A DNA stretch of 61,043 nt from a virus. Its lineage: Duplodnaviria; Caudoviricetes. Positions 26,473-35,024 of this stretch are shown here, piece by piece. Where the stretch lies: positions 1 through 61,043 of the IMG/VR virus record IMGVR_UViG_3300025687_007811. One strand, written 5' to 3'. The position numbers and the translations under genes were made by a program. The notes under the pieces are model-generated. The model was given only the letters and a program-made list of their open reading frames with translations. It searched no databases and was not told the origin of the DNA. The stretch's first letter is position 1. Every line of letters begins with the position of its first letter.

Positions 26473-26551
26473 GTTACGGGAAGCGAAATTCTTGTGGCGA
26501 GAAGTCAGACTGCAAATCTGATGCTAAGGGGTTCGAATCCTCCCTGTAACT
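26473..26551 (+). tRNA. tRNA-Cys(GCA) with extended acceptor/D-arm connector
   Basis: tcaga-ctgcaaa-tctga; gttacgg/ctgtaac; U73. Confidence 0.72.
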
Positions 26552-26593
26552 CTGAATGTTAGTGTTAGGATAAGTAAAAAAGGAAGAAAAGAA

Positions 26594-27325
26594 ATGACAA
26601 AGTTAAATCAGATCATCGCTGTTGTTAATGGTAAGAAGTCACAATGCCAGAAGGAATTGACATCAACCTATAAGCGACTACAAAAGCCGGAATTGTTTGA
26701 CGGTTTGGTACGAGTTTATTCACCGGACGACGAAGAGGGTGAAACTCAACCATCTGAAACCAAGAGGGTTCAGTTTACAGTTAGTGATGCCATCCAAGAG
26801 GCGTCTGAACTGCTAACTGAAATGATGGATGCCGTTGCAACACAAGAATACGCAAACACTCAAGCGTTTGCTGATGTGGTTGTAGATGGCAAAACTGTTC
26901 TAGGCAGGGTTCCTGTCTCATACCTTCTGTTCCTAGAAAAGCAGTTGGTTGATCTGAACACGTTCGTATCCCATATTCCAACGCTGGATAATGCGGAAGA
27001 GTGGCACGATTCTGAAGAGGCTAATGTCTACAAGACCTTGCCAAAGCTTACCAATCGTACAAAAAAGGTTCCAAGGAACCACGTACTAGCAGAAGCTACT
27101 GATAAGCACCCCGCACAAGTGCAGGTGTTCACAGAAGACGTTAAGGTTGGTGTATGGAGCACCATTAAGCTTTCTGGTGCAGTTCCTTCAAAGCGGAAGA
27201 CAGAATTCCTTTCTCGCATCAAGAAGTTGCAAGAAGCTGTCAAAATGGCCCGTGAAGAGGCCAACTCAACGAAAGTTGAAAGCCAGAAGGTTGCTAAAAA
27301 TGTTTTGAGTTTTATTTTTGAATAA
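26594..27325 (+). CDS. Conserved uncharacterised protein (TKLNQIIAV-type), upstream of permuted-tRNA RNA
   Basis: 243 aa; VPVSYLLFLEKQL and EATDKHPAQV motifs; RBS present. Confidence 0.85.
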   Translation: MTKLNQIIAVVNGKKSQCQKELTSTYKRLQKPELFDGLVRVYSPDDEEGETQPSETKRVQFTVSDAIQEASELLTEMMDAVATQEYANTQAFADVVVDGKTVLGRVPVSYLLFLEKQLVDLNTFVSHIPTLDNAEEWHDSEEANVYKTLPKLTNRTKKVPRNHVLAEATDKHPAQVQVFTEDVKVGVWSTIKLSGAVPSKRKTEFLSRIKKLQEAVKMAREEANSTKVESQKVAKNVLSFIFE

Positions 27326-27682
27326 AGTGTAACAGACTTAGTTTAAGACTTAGATTCAAACAGTCCTATGTAGGTTCGAATCCTACCTCCCGCTCTTTTC
27401 TTATTACACATGCGGGAGTACGCAAACGGCAAAGCGGCTACTATTAAACGTAGTGGGGATAATTAGAATTAGGTTATTACACTAGTCTAAAAACGTACTG
27501 TGTTGTTAAATCAAGTTCTGTTCTATAAAAAACGCATCACAAAATGCTGGTTCAAATCCGGCCCATCCCTCTTTCGACAAAGCTACATTAAGGGATGGTG
27601 GTCCAATGGAAAGACGTGTGATTGATAGACTAAAGGACAGATTAAACGTAGACGGTTAGCAACTATGGTAAATTCCCAGTAC
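27326..27682 (+). ncRNA. Large RNA with two circularly permuted tRNA-like domains
   Basis: Two (T arm + 3' acceptor)-linker-(5' acceptor + D arm) units, each at the tip of a long paired arm. Confidence 0.8.
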
Positions 27683-27707
27683 AATCTACCTAAAATAGAT
27701 GACACTT

Positions 27708-27742
27708 GCCCGGCAACTTGTGGTATGTTGCCGGGTTTTTTT
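27708..27742 (+). terminator. Rho-independent terminator
   Basis: gcccggcaac...gttgccgggt plus T-run. Confidence 0.9.
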
Positions 27743-27770
27743 ATCCATCGGTTTTATGGAGTATAATACA

Positions 27771-28208
27771 ATGAGAGTATTTCTAATTCATCAAGATAAT
27801 TTTCCTCTTCGTGATCGCTTAAAAAAAGAAATAATTGATAACGATCATATTGAGGGTATTACTCAGCCAATACAAGAAGGCGTATACAAAATATTAATTG
27901 ACAAAGACATGCCAGCATATAAAGTAATCGGGTATGAACTATCAGAAAAATATGGTAAACGTTTTTGGCACAGGTTTTTACCAAAAATAAACACAAAAAA
28001 ACCTCAGAAGTGGGTCTTGTGGTTAAAACTGGTTGATATGTTAATAGCTCCTGTTTGTAAATATCAGGTGTCTGCAAGTTTTTATGCTAATCCTATTAGT
28101 ATTAACGGCGTAAGTAAAGGTCATACAATATATGAATACAAAACTTTTGGAGATACTGAAAAAGTCGATCCTAGTATTAATTGTCCTCCCGGCTTTATTA
28201 AATACTAG
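27771..28208 (+). CDS. Hypothetical protein
   Basis: ORF right after GGAGTATAAT motif; possibly leaderless. Confidence 0.55.
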   Translation: MRVFLIHQDNFPLRDRLKKEIIDNDHIEGITQPIQEGVYKILIDKDMPAYKVIGYELSEKYGKRFWHRFLPKINTKKPQKWVLWLKLVDMLIAPVCKYQVSASFYANPISINGVSKGHTIYEYKTFGDTEKVDPSINCPPGFIKY

Positions 28209-28617
28209 TTTTGCGGAAGAGCCATCGTTTAATCTCTACAAGGCTAAAGTCGAAAGAGTAATTGATGGTGACACTCTAGTATGCGATATTCAGTTTGATT
28301 GGGGTGTGACCCTTGAGGACAAGCATATTAGATGTTTGGGTTACGACGCTTGGGAGGCTAGTAAACGCCGCAGATCAAGAGATGTAACAGATGAAGAGGT
28401 TGAAAAGGGTCTTAAAGCGAAAAAAGAATTAGAAGAGTTGATTGAGAAATCAGAAGCTGTATATCTATCTCCCGGTGCAACGCCTTATGATCCATACGGT
28501 AGACCACTGGCTTATGTTTTTATAAAACAGGATGGAAAAATGATAGACTTGGCTTTATGGATGTCTAAAAATGGTCATTTAAGAGTTCCTCTGGGGAGTA
28601 CAAATGAAGATGAATAG
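28132..28617 (+). CDS. Thermonuclease (SNase-like) with signal peptide
   Basis: RVIDGDT, IRCLGYDA.E, DPYGRPLA. Confidence 0.88.
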   Translation: MNTKLLEILKKSILVLIVLPALLNTSFAEEPSFNLYKAKVERVIDGDTLVCDIQFDWGVTLEDKHIRCLGYDAWEASKRRRSRDVTDEEVEKGLKAKKELEELIEKSEAVYLSPGATPYDPYGRPLAYVFIKQDGKMIDLALWMSKNGHLRVPLGSTNEDE

Positions 28618-29851
28618 AAGACTGTTCCTTAAAAAAACCGCTGCTGGATGGTTATTGTCAACTGGTAGTCTTGCATTTGCAGATTATACAAAGACTAAAT
28701 ATTCGCCAAACGAAAATGCCATCATTTATCTTTTCTTGAGTGGTGGTCCGTCACACATTGAAACATTTAATCCAATCCCTTTAGCGGCTGTAGAACGCCG
28801 ATCAGTTACTGGTGTGGCACAAACTAATGTTGCGGGAATGCAGCTAGGCGGTCTGTTTAAAGAGCTTGGAAAAAGGGGTGACAGACTATCTGTATTTAGA
28901 GGATTTGGTCACAGGGACGCAAATCATGCGTCAGCAACGCATTGGTTAATGACAGGAGAACCGGGTTTCGCAAACAACGGTCAAAAATGGCCGAGTTATG
29001 GAAGTGTTGTGTCTGGTCATTATGGAACCAACGTAGAATCAAATGGAATGCCAACATATGTTAAGGTGAATCCAATCCAGCATGACGACGCTTCATGGAT
29101 GGGTTCTAAATATATGGGTTATGATGCAAATGCGGAAGGTAGGGATGATCTTAAATTGAAGGTAGAACTGGAACGTTTTGCAAGAAGAAAAGAAATAGTA
29201 TCATCCATCGAACAGAATTCCGTAATTAAGGGGCAGCTATTTGCCCGCGAATGGACAGACCTGCGGGAGCAGGCAATCAACGTCATTACGGGTCAGGCGT
29301 CGAAGGCATTTAAAATCGAAGAGGACAGAGAGTATCAAAATTATAAAGACAACCGTCTCGGAACTGACATGTTGACGGCAATTCGATTAATTGAATCCGG
29401 CTGCAAATTCGTAACATTGAATTATGGCGGCTGGGATATGCATAACAACATAAAGACCGGCTTAGAATCACGACAAACCGTTTTAGATTCCTATCTCGGA
29501 AAGTTAATGGATTCAATAAAAGAAAGAGGTCTATATGATAACGTAATGTTGGTAATCACCGGGGAATTCGGAAGAACTCCGAAGATTAATGCTAATGCCG
29601 GAAGAGATCATTGGGCTGGATTATGCCCACTTGCTATTTCTTGCGGTGCTTATGAAATGGGAAGGGTAGTAGGAGACTCAGACGAGTATGCTACGGAGGC
29701 TATTGATGGGAAGTGTGGACCGGAGGATTTAAGATATACTGTGTTTTCACACTTGGGTATTGATAAGAACTCTATGTGGCTTTCTATAGAGGGACGACCA
29801 ATGCATTTAAATAAAGAGTCTTCTAAAAATATTCTTACGGAGTTATCATGA
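28604..29851 (+). CDS. DUF1501 family protein with Tat signal
   Basis: NRRLFLK, FLSGGPSHIETF.P, GGWDMH, GEFGRTPKIN..AGRDHW. Confidence 0.92.
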   Translation: MKMNRRLFLKKTAAGWLLSTGSLAFADYTKTKYSPNENAIIYLFLSGGPSHIETFNPIPLAAVERRSVTGVAQTNVAGMQLGGLFKELGKRGDRLSVFRGFGHRDANHASATHWLMTGEPGFANNGQKWPSYGSVVSGHYGTNVESNGMPTYVKVNPIQHDDASWMGSKYMGYDANAEGRDDLKLKVELERFARRKEIVSSIEQNSVIKGQLFAREWTDLREQAINVITGQASKAFKIEEDREYQNYKDNRLGTDMLTAIRLIESGCKFVTLNYGGWDMHNNIKTGLESRQTVLDSYLGKLMDSIKERGLYDNVMLVITGEFGRTPKINANAGRDHWAGLCPLAISCGAYEMGRVVGDSDEYATEAIDGKCGPEDLRYTVFSHLGIDKNSMWLSIEGRPMHLNKESSKNILTELS

Positions 29852-30120
29852 ACGAAAAGGTTCCCTACCTAAAAAACCCAAGCCTTGAAAAAAGAAAATC
29901 ACTTCTAGTTAACATGTCAATTGTGTGGACATGTATGATATTAGCCGGAATGTTTCTTATACCAACACTGGTTTTTGGTTTCTACATAGACGAGAAGGTT
30001 AATGACGGACTTGTTTCAATTAAAAATCTTGCGATAATTGTTGAGTCTAACACAACGGACATAAAAAAAATAAAGGAGATAAGTTTAATCAAAAACGAGC
30101 TTGATAAAGCTTTAGACTGA
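29848..30120 (+). CDS. Small membrane protein
   Basis: Single TM helix. Confidence 0.6.
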   Translation: MNEKVPYLKNPSLEKRKSLLVNMSIVWTCMILAGMFLIPTLVFGFYIDEKVNDGLVSIKNLAIIVESNTTDIKKIKEISLIKNELDKALD

Positions 30121-30129
30121 GAGCGTACA

Positions 30130-30759
30130 ATGATGAATCTAGAAGATTGTATGCAATGGAAAGTTATTTTTGAAGAATCTCCGATTGGTATAGCGGTTGT
30201 TGACCGTGAAGGAAACTTTAAAAAAGTAAATCAAAAACTTTGCTCAATAACTGGATATTCTGAATACGAGCTTTTAAAATTAAGCTACAAAGATATTACA
30301 CACATTGCTGATTTAAATGCCGATATCGAAATGGTCAATAAATGCATTTCTGACCAATTGGACGGTTACGTAATGAGTAAGCGTTATATTACAAAAACTA
30401 ACAAAATTGTTTGGATTAAGTTAACCGTGGCGGTAATTAAAACGGATAATAAGTTCGATCATTTTCTTGTACATGTAGAGCCTATCGACGTAACTAATGG
30501 TAGCTTCAAGCACGCACTCGAAACCTTATCAATATCAAGCTCTGAAAATAGCATACTTAACAAAAAAACAATATCAGACTTTATAATAAACAACTTTAGG
30601 GCAATTATAGTTATTTTGTGCAGCTTAGTAAGCGGTGCAGTCGGTTTTGGTACTCTTATAAACTCAACAATTAATAAAATTAAAGTGTACGAAGAGACTC
30701 AAGAAGAGATGCAGAAAATAATATTAGACCTGCAAAAGAAAAATAACATAACAGAATAA
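30130..30759 (+). CDS. PAS domain protein with C-terminal TM helix
   Basis: FEESPIGIA..D.EG.F..VN..LC.ITGYS..EL, KRYITK...VW. Confidence 0.88.
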   Translation: MMNLEDCMQWKVIFEESPIGIAVVDREGNFKKVNQKLCSITGYSEYELLKLSYKDITHIADLNADIEMVNKCISDQLDGYVMSKRYITKTNKIVWIKLTVAVIKTDNKFDHFLVHVEPIDVTNGSFKHALETLSISSSENSILNKKTISDFIINNFRAIIVILCSLVSGAVGFGTLINSTINKIKVYEETQEEMQKIILDLQKKNNITE

Positions 30760-30792
30760 GAAAAACCCCTAGAAGTCTAGGGGTTCTTTTTT
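30758..30792. terminator. Bidirectional terminator between convergent genes
   Basis: aacccctaga-ag-tctaggggtt flanked by A and T runs. Confidence 0.8.
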
Positions 30793-30794
30793 GT

Positions 30795-31808
30795 TTACTC
30801 GTTTATCATTTCAGATATCCATTTGTAAGTGACTTCCATTCCATCCCTTAGTTTTCTTGTTGGTCTCCATCCTATCATTGATTCTATGAAATCGTTTTGA
30901 GATTTTCGTCCCATTACCCCGAGTGGACCGTCAATATGTTTAAGCTCTATTTGTTTACCAGCAATGTCAGCAACCATATAAGCCAAATCATTAATTGATA
31001 TCATTTCATCAGAGCCTATGTTTACGACTTCAGTACAGTCAGACTGCATAAGTCTCTCAACGCCCTCTAAGCACTCATCAATAAAAAGAAAAGATCTGGT
31101 TTGTTTTCCGGTTCCCCATATCTCAACGACATTTGATTCATCACTGGTCATTGCAACCTTTCTGCATATTGCTGCCGGGGATTTCTCTTTGCCGTTATTC
31201 CATGATCCTTCTGGACCAAAAACATTATGAAACCTAGCAATTCTAACATCAAGTCCATAATTCCTCATGTATGCGTGGTACATTCTTTCACTAAATAGTT
31301 TTTCCCATCCGTATTCAGAATCTGGATTTGCTGGATAGGCAGAAGACTCTTCACAGTTCGGATTATCCGGGTCTAGCTGATTATGCTCAGGGTAAATGCA
31401 GGCCGATGAAGAATAAAACACTCTAGTATCACGGGAGTATTTTGTTAGTGAGTCAAGCGTGTTTAAATTGATACACGCGGAGTTATGCATAACGTCAGCA
31501 TCGTGCTCTCCGCTGAAAATGTATCCGGCACCGCCCATGTCTGCCGCAAGCTGATAAAGCCTGTAAGGTCTAAACATGTTGATAAGGTATTCGACATTTT
31601 TAGGATCTCTTAGGTCCATCAAGTAGAATCTGTCGAAATGACCTTCTAAGCGACCATATTCAGTATCTGTAATTCTAGAACTTCCATAGTCCCAGTATTC
31701 ATTTAGTTTGATGTCAACGCCGACAACATAATAGCCATCCTTTACTAATTTCTTGCAAAGATGACCTCCAATAAAACCACCCGCACCAAAAACTAAAACG
31801 TTTTTCAT
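30795..31808 (-). CDS. NAD-dependent epimerase, GDP-mannose 3',5'-epimerase-like
   Basis: GAGGFIG, LAADMGGAG, SSACIYP, YGWEK, EKSPAAICRK. Confidence 0.92.
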   Translation of the reverse strand: MKNVLVFGAGGFIGGHLCKKLVKDGYYVVGVDIKLNEYWDYGSSRITDTEYGRLEGHFDRFYLMDLRDPKNVEYLINMFRPYRLYQLAADMGGAGYIFSGEHDADVMHNSACINLNTLDSLTKYSRDTRVFYSSSACIYPEHNQLDPDNPNCEESSAYPANPDSEYGWEKLFSERMYHAYMRNYGLDVRIARFHNVFGPEGSWNNGKEKSPAAICRKVAMTSDESNVVEIWGTGKQTRSFLFIDECLEGVERLMQSDCTEVVNIGSDEMISINDLAYMVADIAGKQIELKHIDGPLGVMGRKSQNDFIESMIGWRPTRKLRDGMEVTYKWISEMINE

Positions 31809-31809
31809 A

Positions 31810-32829
31810 TTACTTCTCCAATTGATCCATAAAGATTTTCATAAATTCATCATCAGTTTTATTTAAAAGAAATCTATTGTCTTGAGCCGCTTTTAATAGC
31901 TTATTATAGTTTAGCCCGCTCAAAATAGAGGACAGGTCAGTTCCATCAGGAACTTCAACATATTCTTTAGGCATTATCATGCTTTTCTCCCCACTTGTTT
32001 CAGTCCAGATTAAAATAGCCCCCAAAGCCATTATATCAAAGGTTCTCCAGCTTATTCTACCATGTCCGGTCGGACATAGCCCAATTTTACAATCATATAA
32101 AGCTGATAGCATATCAATATGCTTGACAGGAGAATGATTTAGGGCGGATACATCTCCAAAGATATCAGACTGAAATTCTAAGCTTAGGTTTTTTTCAGAA
32201 AAAACAAGACCTCCATAAAAACTGGTTTTAGATTTTAACAATGATAACAACCAATCTATACGTTGATTATACATATAATGCAAAATTTTATCACCGTATA
32301 TGTCAAATTTTTTGTCTGGATTTGAAAGACAGGAAATACCATCTACTGAGTTGTATACTCCACTTTTTATAGGTTCATAAAGCGATCTAAACGTCGGAGA
32401 ACAAACCAATAAAGGAGAAAAGGAAGACTGCTTAAAAAGAATATCCTGATTAGCTATATTTCTCAAGTAAGAATAAACAGGTAATGGAAACCCTATATTT
32501 TTAATCGAATCATTTCTAGTATTTTTATCAACCCAGCTCATTTTTGCATAGGCGACTACCTTGTCTTTTAATTCATAATACGCAACATCTGGATCGAAGT
32601 GGGTTGGCTGATCCTGACAGTCATAGAAGAAAATCATATCAGAATTGATTTTATCAAAAACCTCAAAAGAAACACTTGGATCAACAAATGTTAAATCAAA
32701 TTTTGAATCAGGAATATCGTCATAGGAATTACACCAAAAAACAGCATTGTTTAGATTTGAAAATCCACTAACTATTCTACTTTTAGATGACTTATCCCTT
32801 CCTTCAATTATTAATATCCTCATTCCCAT
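31810..32829 (-). CDS. Putative glycosyltransferase
   Basis: GLCP.GHG...R.FDIM..GA C-terminal motif; context. Confidence 0.55.
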   Translation of the reverse strand: MGMRILIIEGRDKSSKSRIVSGFSNLNNAVFWCNSYDDIPDSKFDLTFVDPSVSFEVFDKINSDMIFFYDCQDQPTHFDPDVAYYELKDKVVAYAKMSWVDKNTRNDSIKNIGFPLPVYSYLRNIANQDILFKQSSFSPLLVCSPTFRSLYEPIKSGVYNSVDGISCLSNPDKKFDIYGDKILHYMYNQRIDWLLSLLKSKTSFYGGLVFSEKNLSLEFQSDIFGDVSALNHSPVKHIDMLSALYDCKIGLCPTGHGRISWRTFDIMALGAILIWTETSGEKSMIMPKEYVEVPDGTDLSSILSGLNYNKLLKAAQDNRFLLNKTDDEFMKIFMDQLEK

Positions 32830-33653
32830 TTAAACCATCCTCTCATTGGTATATTGCTTAGATTCTTATTTTTGTCGCCCTTCCACTGTCTCCAAGGACC
32901 GTAAACGCCGACTTTATCAGCACCACTTAAAACAGATGCCCACCAGCCCAACGTTCCATGCTCGAAAAGGATGTTTCTAAAAGATCTTATCTTGTTAAAA
33001 TCTTCTAGTATAGAACCTTTTTCAATAACTGGCGAAAATTCAGAAAACATATCAACAAAAGAATTGAAGTAGTCTACAGAGAGATTAATATCAACCCTCT
33101 CAGAATCTGGAACATTGTTGTGAAACTTCATAGACCTTAACTCGCTACTTGATACGTGTCCCCACTTTGGCATATCTGTAACTATATGAAGTCTATCAAA
33201 ATTAAATTGCCTTATTGCTTGAAGGTATTGTTTTGGACCCGGTTTTGTGAAAAACTCGTTTCTCATAAAAAGACGATCACCAGTTCTAAAATGAACAACT
33301 AAATCATTATCTTTTCTCGGCTTTACTTCTGGAAACCAAGACTTTATTAAGTCAAGATTCGGGTAATAATAGCGGTAATCTTCAAAATATCCTTCCAATA
33401 AAAGATCATCATTTCCATTATACATTTGTGCTTTATCGTAGTTACCATCGCCAACATGTATAAAATTTTTCTTAGGAAGTTTATAATCGCAAGAAATCCC
33501 AAGTTCTTTAAGAGAATCGATAGCATAATAATTTTTAGAATACGGAATAACAATAAGTTCTTCAGAATTCAATCTTTTATGAAGAAGTTTTGCGGCAACA
33601 TACTGAAAAATATTATTACCAAACCCGTTTGTTAGTTTAACATAAGTTTTCAT
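32820..33653 (-). CDS. GT11 alpha-1,2-fucosyltransferase-like
   Basis: GFGNNIFQY, HFRTGD, TLGWWA. Confidence 0.82.
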   Translation of the reverse strand: MKTYVKLTNGFGNNIFQYVAAKLLHKRLNSEELIVIPYSKNYYAIDSLKELGISCDYKLPKKNFIHVGDGNYDKAQMYNGNDDLLLEGYFEDYRYYYPNLDLIKSWFPEVKPRKDNDLVVHFRTGDRLFMRNEFFTKPGPKQYLQAIRQFNFDRLHIVTDMPKWGHVSSSELRSMKFHNNVPDSERVDINLSVDYFNSFVDMFSEFSPVIEKGSILEDFNKIRSFRNILFEHGTLGWWASVLSGADKVGVYGPWRQWKGDKNKNLSNIPMRGWFKWE

Positions 33654-34377
33654 AGTCATACCCAAAAGTTTCTATATCTTGCTTACATCTTTCTGCAACT
33701 ATGTCTATTAGCTCTTGATTGTAATAATTTGAGTAATGTATTTTTATAGGATCATGCCTTACAACGTCTCCACTATAATGACCAGAATGATTCAGATGTG
33801 GTAGATTCGCATCAATACCTATTTTTTCACAAATAAATTTAAACTCTTCATCAAGACGTTCAAATCTACCAACATGATCCACCATGATTTTGCCGGTTTT
33901 ATGATCTATTATATGCTCTATCTGATTTCTAATATGCCATTTATCATGCTGATACTGATGAATTGGAGCATTTTTATAACACCAATCCATCTGCTTAACA
34001 AAATCATCAAAAGAAACTCTACCATCCTCTCCGGTCCATCCCCTTGATTTCCATCCTTTTTTTGGATAGGTTTTTTCTTTTCTTGTTAACCATTTCCAGT
34101 TTGAGACATATCTGTCCCAAGGGTTCCTAACTATTGCAACCTTCCATAGTGAATTAAAAAGGTTTTCACCCAGAACGTTTTTAGTATTTTCCGTTCTAGA
34201 TAGTTTAAAATTTACAACACTCAGAAACTCATTATAAAATAATGGAGATCTTCTATAGATATCTGAATTTTCAGTTAGTACATTGTTTGGAAACTTATCT
34301 AGAACACTTTTTAAACTAGTTCCTCCGGTTTTTGGAATATGAATGTATAAACCAATTACTTCAGATTTAGCAGCCAT
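33637..34377 (-). CDS. Sulfotransferase family 2
   Basis: HIPKTGGTS, VRNPWDRYVS, DIETFGY. Confidence 0.9.
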   Translation of the reverse strand: MAAKSEVIGLYIHIPKTGGTSLKSVLDKFPNNVLTENSDIYRRSPLFYNEFLSVVNFKLSRTENTKNVLGENLFNSLWKVAIVRNPWDRYVSNWKWLTRKEKTYPKKGWKSRGWTGEDGRVSFDDFVKQMDWCYKNAPIHQYQHDKWHIRNQIEHIIDHKTGKIMVDHVGRFERLDEEFKFICEKIGIDANLPHLNHSGHYSGDVVRHDPIKIHYSNYYNQELIDIVAERCKQDIETFGYDYENLC

Positions 34378-35024
34378 AAATCATTCCCATCATTAATAAT
34401 TGGTTTAAAACCAAAAGCACTTAAAAAATTAATAGTCTCATTAATATCCATATATCCATCATATTCTTTTTCACCATACTCTACTATTACTAGTTTAACC
34501 TCATACAAATGATCACCACACCCCGTTAAGACCTCTTTTTCAGCACCTTGAACATCTATCCATAGTAGATCAACATAGTTGATTTTATTTTTTTCTACGA
34601 AATTAGCATAAGTATCTGTTTTCACAGTAATCTTATCTTTAATGTGCTTATAACCTTTTTTAAGAGATGAGGAACCAGAGTTATTTAGCTCTAAATTAAT
34701 ATAGTCATCCCGAGATATCCAATCGTATTTTTCAGGAACGTCAGTCTGCGACTGATAGCTTTGATAAAAATCAGCACATCCAACCCTATCCGACAAAGCT
34801 ACTTCGAACAGTTTTATCCTATCATCGCAAACGTACTTCTTAAATACAGAAATGTTTCTTGGGTCTGGTTCAAAGCAGAAAATACTAGATTCAGGAAAAG
34901 CCTCTGCAAATCTTAAAGAGTCTTCTCCATAATGAGCACCTATCTCAACTATAACCGGATCTTTTTTTGCTATTATTTCCTTTAGCTTATTGAACTTGTC
35001 GGTGTATTTTTTCATGTAGCTCAT
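34356..35024 (-). CDS. FkbM family methyltransferase
   Basis: EIGAHYG, FEP.P, IDVQGAE. Confidence 0.9.
   Translation of the reverse strand: MSYMKKYTDKFNKLKEIIAKKDPVIVEIGAHYGEDSLRFAEAFPESSIFCFEPDPRNISVFKKYVCDDRIKLFEVALSDRVGCADFYQSYQSQTDVPEKYDWISRDDYINLELNNSGSSSLKKGYKHIKDKITVKTDTYANFVEKNKINYVDLLWIDVQGAEKEVLTGCGDHLYEVKLVIVEYGEKEYDGYMDINETINFLSAFGFKPIINDGNDLWLLNLK

Noticed and set aside
27438-27453. Ochre/amber suppressor tRNA and stop-codon recoding
   Set aside because: The loop is 8 nt and non-canonical; genes are intact in the standard code and end in TAA, TAG and TGA.
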